Assembly (NCBI GenBank): GCA_030141605.1
Contig: JAQGDQ010001030.1
Location: 4,995-68,994 of the forward strand
Origin: Tubiluchus corallicola
Lineage: Eukaryota; Animalia; Priapulida
Length of the DNA stretch: 64,000 bases
Reading direction: 5' to 3'
Part shown: piece by piece, positions 32,188 through 42,014 of the stretch
Position numbering within the stretch: position 1 is the stretch's first letter
How the letters are laid out: the number at the start of each line of letters is the position of its first letter
The notes under the pieces: model-generated
The model's input: the letters and a program-made list of their open reading frames with translations, nothing else
The model's database searches: none
What the model was told of the DNA's origin: nothing
Made by a program: the position numbers and the translations under genes

Positions 32188-33369
32188 ATGAATACGAAAA
32201 AGTTATCAATTACACTCATCTTGCTATTTGCCTGTGTAATAACCCTATATGCCCAAAAAGGGAAGGTGAACAGCGCTGCAAATTATAAAAATGAAGGTAA
32301 GCTTGATAAAGCATTTGAAGCTATCGAAGAGGCTGTAAACCCAAACAACCCCAAGTCTGAAAAATCTATACCTTGGGCAAGAACATGGGAAGTAAGAGGC
32401 GAGATATTTAAAGCCATCTACACTACAAAAAATAAAGCCTATCAGAAACTTAGTGAGAATCCTCTGGATGAATCGTATAAGTCATTTATGAAGGCTATGG
32501 AGCTTGACATAAAAGGAAGGAATAAGGGCACTCTGAAAACAAGCCTCATTTTTCTTAGTCAGGATCTGACACAGGCAGCCATAAAAGCATATGAAAGTGA
32601 GGACTTTGTTACAGCAACCAAGTATTTTGAAAATATACTTGCAATCAATTCATCACCTCTTTTTAAGGAGGATATACCTGTTGATACTGTGATAATGTAC
32701 AACACCGGTATAGCTGCAGCAAATGCCAAGTTGCATGAAAAGGCAATAGACTACTTTGAGAAGTGTATAACCTATGATTATAACGGGGGAGCCTCGTATG
32801 GACAAATAATATCTATTTATCAGGAGATGGGAGATACTCTGAAGTCGGTGGATAAAATGAAGGAGGGGTTTGAGAGATATCCTGAAAATCAGTCGATACT
32901 TGTGACACTCATCAACTATTATATCACTACAAAACAGTCTGAAGAAGCAATAGACTACCTTGACAAAGCGATAGAAAAAGAATCGAATAACCCCACATTT
33001 TATTTTGCCAAAGGGGTAGCCCTGGATCAGCTCGGACGTTCTGAGGATGCGCTAGAAGCGTATAAAAAAGCTACTGAGGTCAATCCTGAGTTTGCCGACT
33101 CATACTATAACATAGGTGTGGTTTATTATAACCGCGGAGTTAATAAACTTGAAGAAGCAAATAATATTCCTACAAGTGAGCAAAAAAGGTATGAAGAAGA
33201 GAAAGCCAAAGCTGATGAAGAGTTTAAGAAAGCAATTCCATTTATGGAGAAAGCTAGCGAACTGAGTCCTTCTGATACTTATATTATGGATCACTTGAAA
33301 AACCTGTACTATAGATTGGGTATGATGGACAAGTTCGAGGCAATTCAGGAAAAGATGAATGCTGAATAA
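32188..33369 (+). CDS. Exported TPR protein
   Basis: Signal peptide, multiple TPRs. Usual neighbour of gyrA in Bacteroidota. Confidence 0.88.
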   Translation: MNTKKLSITLILLFACVITLYAQKGKVNSAANYKNEGKLDKAFEAIEEAVNPNNPKSEKSIPWARTWEVRGEIFKAIYTTKNKAYQKLSENPLDESYKSFMKAMELDIKGRNKGTLKTSLIFLSQDLTQAAIKAYESEDFVTATKYFENILAINSSPLFKEDIPVDTVIMYNTGIAAANAKLHEKAIDYFEKCITYDYNGGASYGQIISIYQEMGDTLKSVDKMKEGFERYPENQSILVTLINYYITTKQSEEAIDYLDKAIEKESNNPTFYFAKGVALDQLGRSEDALEAYKKATEVNPEFADSYYNIGVVYYNRGVNKLEEANNIPTSEQKRYEEEKAKADEEFKKAIPFMEKASELSPSDTYIMDHLKNLYYRLGMMDKFEAIQEKMNAE

Positions 33370-33602
33370 ATCTACAGACACACATTAAACTTGCAGAAAA
33401 GAGGGGGTAAGCCTTTTAAAGAGGCTCTTCAGAATACACATCAATCTTATTAATCATAATATCAATTATAAGACAACCGTATACATAGAATGATACAGTT
33501 TATTTGCATTTCTAAGTGCTTAATCTATAGTCGTCTTCATGTGAATTCTGCAATATACGACTCTCAAGGAGTTAAAGTAAGAATAAAAAATCCTGCTAGT
33601 AT

Positions 33603-34076
33603 TTAATCCATGTCTACAGATCGTTTAGTATAATCACTATAATCTTTGACTATCGGCCTATACTTTTTATGGAACAAGTGAGACGAAATAATAAAATCTG
33701 CTGTTGAGCGATTGGAAGCTATAGGTACATTATATAGCACCGCAATGCGAAGCAACGCTTTTACATCAACATCATGCGGTTGTGGCTGCATTGGATCCCA
33801 GAAGAATACAAGGATGTCCACTTTTCCGTTGCAGATCATCGAACCAAGCTGTTGATCTCCCCCTAAAGGCCCGGACTTTAAGCGTGTTAACTCAGGGGGA
33901 ACTGCATCATTTTCTTCACATTTCTTTCCCATCGCCTCTTTAACCATTTTTCCTGTGGTCCCGGTGCAAAGCAGATTGTGAGGCGCAAGATCTTTCCAGT
34001 TAAGGCAGACCCAATTAATAATATCTTTTTTACGATTATCGTGCGCAACTATTGCAATATTTTTTTTTTGTTTCAT
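33603..34076 (-). CDS. mgsA: Methylglyoxal synthase
   Basis: VAHD, TGTTG, SGPLGGDQQ, FFWDP..PHDVDVKALLR. Confidence 0.96.
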   Translation of the reverse strand: MKQKKNIAIVAHDNRKKDIINWVCLNWKDLAPHNLLCTGTTGKMVKEAMGKKCEENDAVPPELTRLKSGPLGGDQQLGSMICNGKVDILVFFWDPMQPQPHDVDVKALLRIAVLYNVPIASNRSTADFIISSHLFHKKYRPIVKDYSDYTKRSVDMD

Positions 34077-34314
34077 AAATCCTAATTGCTACTGTTATTG
34101 TATGTTCTTGCTCAAATATGTTAACTATCCTCCTTATTCTGCTCTATTTTACATTATTTTTTTGTGAAATTTACTGTTATATATTACTAACTAAAAGTTA
34201 AAAAACTTTTTCACTATAGCAAAATTACACATTTTGAGTTAATTAGCACATATGTACTCCAAATCCTATGGCTTACATAGTAGTTTGTGATTACAATAGT
34301 AAACTAGACGGTAT

Positions 34315-35226
34315 TCACATTTGTAAACAACCAATAATATCGCCTACAGACATGACATTTTGTCGGTCAAGATAGGTGTTTATCCCTTCAATAATCTCTA
34401 TTGAAGCAGCCGGATTTATAAAGTTTACAGTTCCAATCTGTACCGCCGATGCACCGGCAAGCAAAAATTCAACAGCATCAGTTGCATTTGCAATACCTCC
34501 CAGCCCAATAACAGGTATATCAACTACCTGGCATACCTGCCAAACCATTCTGAGAGCAATAGGCTTAATTGCTGGCCCCGACAGCCCCCCGACTACTGTT
34601 GAAAGAACTGGGCGTCGCGTTTCTGCATTAACAGCCATACCCAAAACAGTATTAATAAGAGATATAGAGTCGGCACCGGCGAACTCCACAGCGCGGGCAA
34701 TCTCAGAAATATCTGTTACATTTGGAGACAGCTTTACTATCAACGTCTTTTTGTAAACATTACGAACAGCTTTTACCACAGCTTCAGCCGAAGAGCAGCT
34801 GGTACCAAAAGCCATTCCCCCCTCTTTCACGTTGGGGCATGAGATATTCAACTCAATACCCGGTATAGCATCCAGCTCATTAATCCTTGAAGCGCACCCT
34901 ACATACTCTTCGATAGTAGCTCCGGAGACATTAACCAAAACGCTGGTGTTGAAATTCCTGACCGTCGGATATATATTTTTAGCAAAATACTCAACACCAC
35001 CGTTTTGCAGTCCTACGGAGTTAAGCATGCCGGAAGGAGATTCTGCCATTCTAGGATAAGGATTTCCCTCTCTTGGGTGCAGAGTGGTACCTTTTACAAT
35101 AATACCCCCTAGCTTTCCCGGATCGAAAAAATCTTCAAACTCCACTCCGGATCCAAACGTACCGGATGCAGTAAGGACAGGGTTCTTTAGTTCTAAGTTG
35201 TGGATTTTAACCTTTAAGTCTGCCAT
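34315..35226 (-). CDS. pyrD: Dihydroorotate dehydrogenase 1B catalytic subunit
   Basis: [33 protein letters not shown]. Confidence 0.95.
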   Translation of the reverse strand: MADLKVKIHNLELKNPVLTASGTFGSGVEFEDFFDPGKLGGIIVKGTTLHPREGNPYPRMAESPSGMLNSVGLQNGGVEYFAKNIYPTVRNFNTSVLVNVSGATIEEYVGCASRINELDAIPGIELNISCPNVKEGGMAFGTSCSSAEAVVKAVRNVYKKTLIVKLSPNVTDISEIARAVEFAGADSISLINTVLGMAVNAETRRPVLSTVVGGLSGPAIKPIALRMVWQVCQVVDIPVIGLGGIANATDAVEFLLAGASAVQIGTVNFINPAASIEIIEGINTYLDRQNVMSVGDIIGCLQM

Positions 35227-35996
35227 TTAAGATAGTTTGAATTAAACACAGGCCCATCAGTACATACACATTTGTTACCATCAACGGTGTCGGCAACGCA
35301 GCAGAGGCAAACCCCAAATCCACACGCCATACTGTTTTCAAGTGAAACCTCACAGGGAAGTCCTGCCTCAGAGGCTCTGGCAACAACAGCTTTCATCATG
35401 GGTTCAGGCCCGCAGGTATACACCATATCAAAAGAGTCGAAATCAACCTTAAAAACCGAATGGTCTGTAACATACCCCCGTTCACCAGCCGTACCGTCCT
35501 CTGTTGTTATTAAAACAGTCCCCTGCTGCCTATACTTATCAACCTCAACCACTCCTTCGGCTGAAGCTGCACCCAGAAGGATAAAGATATTGTCAGTGTT
35601 ATTCTGTTTGAGGGTTTGAGCTAGAAACAGGAGTGGCGCAACTCCACATCCTCCACCAACAAGAAGTACTTTTGCGTTATCTGCAGGCAAAGAGAAACCT
35701 GTGCCTAAAGGAAACACAACACTCAACATATCACCAACCACAGACTTTGACAATATAATTGTTCCGTCGCCTACTATCTTGATAAGTACACTTATGGTGT
35801 TATTAATATAGTCTACTGAAAAAATGGAAAACGGCCTTCTTAAAAAGACAGATCGGGACTTATCAACTAAAATATTGACAAACTGCCCTGGCCTTATGTC
35901 GCTTATTTTTATTTCCGGTTCTAACACCAGAAGGTGGTGGTCTCTGTTTAGCCTCTTACTCTCCCTAACTGTTAAATGCTGAACCAACTTTTTCAT
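35214..35996 (-). CDS. pyrK: Dihydroorotate dehydrogenase electron-transfer subunit
   Basis: [36 protein letters not shown]...CTDGPVF. Confidence 0.95.
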   Translation of the reverse strand: MKKLVQHLTVRESKRLNRDHHLLVLEPEIKISDIRPGQFVNILVDKSRSVFLRRPFSIFSVDYINNTISVLIKIVGDGTIILSKSVVGDMLSVVFPLGTGFSLPADNAKVLLVGGGCGVAPLLFLAQTLKQNNTDNIFILLGAASAEGVVEVDKYRQQGTVLITTEDGTAGERGYVTDHSVFKVDFDSFDMVYTCGPEPMMKAVVARASEAGLPCEVSLENSMACGFGVCLCCVADTVDGNKCVCTDGPVFNSNYLKWQT

Positions 35997-36087
35997 TTGA
36001 AAAAATAAAGATTTTCTGTAAAAGTATTAAAAAGTGGCGGGAAAAGCGAAAACAGCAGCAGGTCGATTGAATAGTTTAAACGTAGAA

Positions 36088-36489
36088 TTAGGATGACTTA
36101 TACTCTGTAAACGATTGGTCGCTATAAAAAACAATAATGCGCTCAATTGCTCCCTTCTTTGACTGTAGCTCTTTATTCTCTTCCTGACCATCATCAGGTA
36201 TAAAGGATGCTGTATTTTCTGTGATTGCATAGCTCCTCTGTTTTCCCCCGTAAAAGCGGCTGGAAGCTACAGAGTGTGACTGTTGGTACATGTCCCCCTC
36301 TCCCAACATTAACCATCTGGGATTAACATTAGTAAAGGTTTTAAGGATCTTCGTTATAAACGATGCACTGGGATAATTGCGACCATTTAATACATGTGAA
36401 ACACTTGAACGCTGTACCCCTATTTTATCAGCAAACTCTGTGGGCGACAACTTCTCCTTTTCCAAAAAGGAGTTAATCCTGTTCTTCAT
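36088..36489 (-). CDS. XRE-family helix-turn-helix protein
   Basis: EFADKIGVQRSSVSHVLNGRN.PS, WLMLGEG, C-term IERIIVFYSDQSF. Confidence 0.88.
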   Translation of the reverse strand: MKNRINSFLEKEKLSPTEFADKIGVQRSSVSHVLNGRNYPSASFITKILKTFTNVNPRWLMLGEGDMYQQSHSVASSRFYGGKQRSYAITENTASFIPDDGQEENKELQSKKGAIERIIVFYSDQSFTEYKSS

Positions 36490-36573
36490 AACTGATTAAA
36501 AGCATCTTATTAAACACACCTTCTCTTTTTATTCACAATTTAACGGCTGAATAGAAGAACAAAAATAGAAACT

Positions 36574-37193
36574 TTTCAAATGTAAACAAGCTATTAAAAG
36601 ATAAATAACACTCTGTGTTCAATTTTGTGAAATAATACAGCGTCATGCATTACAATTGTATTGTGGCGCCTACGCCAATAGTAACCATTTTTAAAAACAG
36701 TGGCAAGATGAAATTAAATCACTATTAACTAGTCAATTACATGATAAGTAAGGGTGAGTGGTCGTTGAAACTCTCTCAATTTACTTGCTCTATCCCATTT
36801 CATAAACTAAAATCTATACCTACATAGTTTTTATAAAGCCTATAGCTACTACTATTTATAAAGCTTACAACTGAAAAGTAAGCACTCTGAAGTATTTAAC
36901 AAACTCTACAATAGGGGATGATAATACAATAGCTTAAATAAATTATTTGCTAAATAACATTATACACTTATTAATCAGGTGTTTATATATGGATTAATGT
37001 AATTTTGCCAATCACGCACTACAAAAGTAACTTATTTATTAAATAAAAAATGCACCTAATTTATATAACTATCTGATAATGTCTACAGTAATCTGTGATT
37101 ATTTAAAATAATGTTTAGTATACAAATGTATCAAACATATGTAATCAGTGCTTTATATTTGTTATACGTACTGGTTACTTATGTAATTTGTAA
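36574..37193. repeat. Cluster of 12-bp pseudo-palindromes, consensus TTACAWWTGTAA
   Basis: Copies at 36574, 36650, 36865, 37019, 37120, 37133, 37153, 37175, 37182, with about 1-3 mismatches each. Confidence 0.55.
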
Positions 37194-37516
37194 AATATTT
37201 GAGTGGGAAATGTAAAATGGGATACTGTTGCGTCAATCTATTTTGTCAAAACCCTTATTTATATCGGTAAACTGTAGCTTACCGCCTGACTTTTTCTTAA
37301 TCTGAGTCAAAATCTTTCTTCACCACCTTGTGTAATGGACTCAAAGCGCTAAATACTTTAAAAAACAACCCTTTTTAGTCCGGATGTTTCACAGAATCTC
37401 CCCCCCAATCCAATCCAAGCCGGAGTTTTTGTCTTGTAAAGCGTTAGCTTTTCATGTAAAAACAATAGAGTCTACCCCACCACCCTGCTCTGCTGCTGCC
37501 ACTGAGAAACGACTGT

Positions 37517-40399
37517 CTAATAACTAAAAGAAAAAAAGAATGCACTATTAACCCCTTCGGTATACTTAGGTGCGTAGCTAATACGTACTCCCATTTTTGC
37601 AGAGACAATCAGGCGTAAGAAATTACAATCGGTAGTTAATTCAGCTCCATACGAATTGACTTTAAAGGCTTGATTGTAGTAATTATTCTCTTCATACCAC
37701 CGGTAGCTGCCTTGTGCATGATCGTAAAACAATCCAAGGTTAAAGCGCCTGAAATACACCCACCTACCGATATTCCAATCAGGATAAAAAAGAGGAAACA
37801 GATAATCATTCTGAATTGAAAACACATCTCCATTAGCTACCCTCCCTACCCCTCTGGGAAATTTAATAATATCACTAAAGGAGGTTTGATCATTTTCTTT
37901 TTCTTGGTAACCGTAATACAACTTAATCCCATGATGCTTGAGTATCCCTGGCAAAAATGTAACACCTTCTGCTGACCAGATACTCCATAATTCAAGGTCT
38001 CCTATTGGGCTATGCCTATAATTTAAATTTATAAGCTGTCCCCAGCGAGGTTGTAAGTCTCTTTTTGCAGAGCGCTGGTATACAGAATAGTTAAGCCTAT
38101 AGGCAATCGGTATAATAGTACCGCTAAAAAAAGACTGAGGTGAGTCTTTACCCTGTGTGATATCTGTATAACTGACAGATAGCTCAGGACGTAGAGCTTT
38201 ATACCATCTACCTCTGGAGAGATCTATAGGAAACTTCATTGAAAACCATAATGTGAACTCATCCCAGTAGTATTTTTCTTTAATAGTTTCAGAGTAGGCT
38301 ACCTCATTGCTGTTTGGATAGGTATGATTAATGGTTCGCAAATAGTGTGATGACTCCCTTCCATACTCTGTTTTTAGCTGTAGAACCGGAAAGAACCCAT
38401 AATACCTGAAATCTGCGTACCATTTACCTGTATTGGAATCGATAGAGTATTTATAACCAAGCTGTGTTGTTGCCGTGCTCAACTTATTTTGTGACATTAA
38501 AGATACTCCGGGACTTATAACATAATCATCCACATCTACATAGGCTGGACTCCAGCTATGAAAGTTAAATAAATTGGCAGCTTTACGATACTTTTTCGAC
38601 TCATAAAGTACTGTATCAGGTTGCGAAATCTCTATTGCTCCTAACTCCTGGTCAGATATTGACTTTGCAAGTGGAAATTCATAAACCTCTTCCCTTTCCC
38701 GTTTTTTCCATCCCTCTCTATTTATCGAAGACTTTACTATTGCGAAGCCATCGGATGAGTAGTTGCTGTAAACCAGACTATCGCCAGCAACACTTGGTTG
38801 TGCATGAGTTGCCCCGAATCGGGCGGAGGTTACCTGGTATGTATCACCCGTTCCTAAATCCAGTGCAAAAATATTATCAATGCCTGTCTCTGCACTGGAG
38901 TAGTAAAGAAACTCCCCCTTTCTAACAGGATTCCTTATCTCATTGAAAGAGAACGGATAAATCAACTTTGTTGCTTTTTTAAACGGATCCACCTCCACCA
39001 TTGCTTTCCCTCTCTGCCCCAATACTACCGCATATATACTTTTGCTGTCATCCGACCATGACGGAGTAATAAAGTAGTAGTTTTCGGGTGTTGTTACTTC
39101 ACTCACAATCTCAAAACTATCGGGTGATATAAGAACGATTGAAAATATGTTATTCTGAGATGACTTAACCGCTGCAATATATTTTCCATCCGGCGACAAT
39201 ACAGGGGCGTATATTTTCTCTTTAAACCGCTTCTGCTTCAACTTTTTATCTGAGATGTTAAATCTCCTGAGAAGTGAAAAATCTCTAAGTCCCCACCGTA
39301 CATCAGGCTTATACTCTACCCATAAAATATTCCCATTTCCAAAAGAAACAGACTCTTCAAGCCAGTAGCCCGGTGTGAACAACACCTCCTCTTTTCCATC
39401 GGGAGCTATTGCAACAAACCTGCTAATATCTTCTATAGAGCTTCTGGCTGCAAAGATTAATGAATCATTTATAAAAAACGGATATTTATAATTAGTATAA
39501 TACGCCGGCTTTTTACTGATGCTCTGGTATGGTGTTTTCACGATAGATGAATCAATCTGTTTCCACTTATCCATCAGATTATTAAACACCTCTCTATACA
39601 ACCCTACTTTATCACTGCCTGTTGTCTGTTTCAAACTTTTATCAAAGGGAGTAATCGAGAGTGGCTTTTTTCCTACATTATGAAACACCTTTTCCCACAC
39701 ATCTGCTCCATACTTCTCTCTTGCGCCGGCAACTATGTGGTACCCCAGCTGGTAATAATCAGGCACATAATCACGAAATGAGCCCATATAAGCCTTATCG
39801 TATGAATACAACCCTTTCTCTAGCGCCTGTGCCTTTAGTTCCATTTCAAAAGAAGGCAACCTTCCTCTTCCAGACCTGGACAGTGATGTTTCGGTAGCAA
39901 CAGCGTCCCCTTCCAATATCCACATAGGAAGATAGGCTCCCAGAACAATGGGAGCCGCCTGCTCTCCAAGAAGGATTTTAAATATCTTGGGCATATCTTC
40001 CCATACTTTATCAATCTGAACAACATGCCTGTACTCATGTACTGCGAGTTGCTCAAGCCAGTTGCACGGATAAACCCCCTGACCTGGAGTTGTAAGCATC
40101 TCTACCCTAGCGGGAGCCCAGGCTGCAAAACCGTTGGAGCGCACTGTATGTGTACGAAGGATTATCGATATCTTTCCCGGATTATGAGAAAGCGTATACC
40201 CTGTATAATCATAGATCTTATCCAAAATATACGCCATCTGTTGAGCCTCATCCTCAAACGACTCGGGATATATCAACTGAAAGTTTTCATTGCTGATCTG
40301 TCTCCAGCGAACATTTGCAGGACTCTGCCCATCAATAAAATATTGTGCATTAGTAAAAAACGGATATGTAAGAAGTATCAAAAAAAGCAGTCTCTTCAT
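37517..40399 (-). CDS. Large outer-membrane protein: zincin-like peptidase + TolB/PD40 beta-propeller + Omp85-like barrel
   Basis: Signal MKRLLF (ATG 40399). HEYRH and WILEGDA gluzincin motifs. PVLSPDGK and TPSWSDD propeller repeats. FPRG motif and terminal FSFSY. Confidence 0.7.
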   Translation of the reverse strand: MKRLLFLILLTYPFFTNAQYFIDGQSPANVRWRQISNENFQLIYPESFEDEAQQMAYILDKIYDYTGYTLSHNPGKISIILRTHTVRSNGFAAWAPARVEMLTTPGQGVYPCNWLEQLAVHEYRHVVQIDKVWEDMPKIFKILLGEQAAPIVLGAYLPMWILEGDAVATETSLSRSGRGRLPSFEMELKAQALEKGLYSYDKAYMGSFRDYVPDYYQLGYHIVAGAREKYGADVWEKVFHNVGKKPLSITPFDKSLKQTTGSDKVGLYREVFNNLMDKWKQIDSSIVKTPYQSISKKPAYYTNYKYPFFINDSLIFAARSSIEDISRFVAIAPDGKEEVLFTPGYWLEESVSFGNGNILWVEYKPDVRWGLRDFSLLRRFNISDKKLKQKRFKEKIYAPVLSPDGKYIAAVKSSQNNIFSIVLISPDSFEIVSEVTTPENYYFITPSWSDDSKSIYAVVLGQRGKAMVEVDPFKKATKLIYPFSFNEIRNPVRKGEFLYYSSAETGIDNIFALDLGTGDTYQVTSARFGATHAQPSVAGDSLVYSNYSSDGFAIVKSSINREGWKKREREEVYEFPLAKSISDQELGAIEISQPDTVLYESKKYRKAANLFNFHSWSPAYVDVDDYVISPGVSLMSQNKLSTATTQLGYKYSIDSNTGKWYADFRYYGFFPVLQLKTEYGRESSHYLRTINHTYPNSNEVAYSETIKEKYYWDEFTLWFSMKFPIDLSRGRWYKALRPELSVSYTDITQGKDSPQSFFSGTIIPIAYRLNYSVYQRSAKRDLQPRWGQLINLNYRHSPIGDLELWSIWSAEGVTFLPGILKHHGIKLYYGYQEKENDQTSFSDIIKFPRGVGRVANGDVFSIQNDYLFPLFYPDWNIGRWVYFRRFNLGLFYDHAQGSYRWYEENNYYNQAFKVNSYGAELTTDCNFLRLIVSAKMGVRISYAPKYTEGVNSAFFFSFSY

Positions 40400-41126
40400 A
40401 CTAATATATATAATGGTAGCCACATGCCGATTTGGGCAATATTACTAAATACTTGATAAGACAAGCACTAAATACCTCATATTTTTTATTTCTAAAATAC
40501 TCCAAACCTAAAATTATTATTAAACTTTTATAAAAATTATTTAACTATTCTTTAAAAGCTTAGCCCAATTTGTAGCACTCAAAACTAAACATTTCCATTG
40601 AACATCATGATCAGCAAAAAACATATCCAGCTCTATAAGCTTCCAACGCTCCTGTGTAAAATCCCTGGATGTTTTATACCGAAACTGCTGTGATAGCGCT
40701 CACTATTATATACCCATACCTAGGTATGAGCCACGGTCTGCACCTTCTTTAAGCAGCTGAAAGAAAAGGAATTCAGGACTTATTCAATAAAGGAGTGGTT
40801 ATAGCCTCTCCAAAGTAGGGGCACTGCCAATACACCCTGCAAACAAACAAGCACAGAGTACACCTCTACTTCCTGCCTTTACTTACTTTGCTTTGGTGAC
40901 CTCTACTTCAAAGACAACCATTACTAACTAATACCCTTTTACTCCATACGTTAATCTTTTTTTACCTGAGAATAGATCCACGGCAAAAACATATCAATAA
41001 CTATTTATTAAAAAAATCACATTGTAACTACCTGCTAACCAAAATAAAACAAAAAAACATTAAACACTCTTTAAATGTTCTTAAATATTTTTAAGAAAAA
41101 TGATTGTAAGATTAAATATTAGTTGT

Positions 41127-41144
41127 AAATTGGTCGACCAGTTT
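41127..41144. promoter_or_regulatory. Candidate FadR/GntR operator
   Basis: Near-perfect palindrome AAATTGGTCGACCAGTTT with a TGGT-N2-ACCA core, about 65 nt upstream of the regulator. Confidence 0.7.
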
Positions 41145-41209
41145 GTGGTTTTCCACATATTAACCAAAAACACAGACCGAATTAATGGCAACAATTAATT
41201 ACTAACTAA

Positions 41210-41929
41210 ATGGACGCACTAATAGATAGCTTTAAGGAGATAGAGGTTGAAAAGCCTGCAGATAAAATAATAGGGCAGATTAGAGACTTAATTTCATCAG
41301 GGCAATTAAAACCCGGCGACAGGTTACCATCCGAAAGGCAACTTTCAGAAAGGCTTGGTGTAGGAAGGACCTATGTTCGCGATGCTATTAGAAAGTTGGA
41401 GTTTTACGGTATCTTAAAAACTCAACCTCAAAGCGGTACAACTGTTGCCGGATTGGGAATAACGGCTCTTGAAGGGTTGATTGCGGATGTGTTAAAACTA
41501 GATAAACCAGACTTCTACAGTTTGGTTGAAGCCCGCGTAATACTGGAAGTAGAAGCATCAAAATTAGCAGCAATACGCCGCACAACAGAAGACCTGGACA
41601 AGTTAGCCCAAATTCTTGACTCATTTAAAGGGGTGGTAGAGAGAGGCAACCCGGGAGTTGAAGAGGACTTCATGTTTCATCTCAAGGTTTCTGAATCAAG
41701 CAAAAATATGGCGATCAGATCATTGATGATGGTTATTGTGCCGGAAATAATGGAGATATATAAAAATCTTAGCATCTGTGAAGGAGGAAGATCTTATAAA
41801 TCCTATTCTGAACATGTAGACATATTTGATGCCATCAAAAGCGGCAAGCCTAAGGAAGCAGGCAAGGCGATGAAATTACACCTAAAAGAGATACTTGAAT
41901 TTAGCAGTTCAGGACTCTATAAACCTTAG
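41210..41929 (+). CDS. FadR/GntR-family transcriptional regulator of the alginate locus
   Basis: LKPGDRLPSERQLSERLGVGR HTH. FCD domain EDFMFH...EH. Confidence 0.92.
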   Translation: MDALIDSFKEIEVEKPADKIIGQIRDLISSGQLKPGDRLPSERQLSERLGVGRTYVRDAIRKLEFYGILKTQPQSGTTVAGLGITALEGLIADVLKLDKPDFYSLVEARVILEVEASKLAAIRRTTEDLDKLAQILDSFKGVVERGNPGVEEDFMFHLKVSESSKNMAIRSLMMVIVPEIMEIYKNLSICEGGRSYKSYSEHVDIFDAIKSGKPKEAGKAMKLHLKEILEFSSSGLYKP

Positions 41930-42014
41930 TTTAACAATAAATATTTACAGACTAACCAGTTTACCATGTGATACAGGCACTTACAATCCAAACTAAACAT
42001 CTAACCACAAAAAA

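Noticed and set aside
40560-40980. Coding-like minus-strand fragments upstream of the PUL
   Set aside because: Short interrupted frames with no recognisable family; needs BLASTX.
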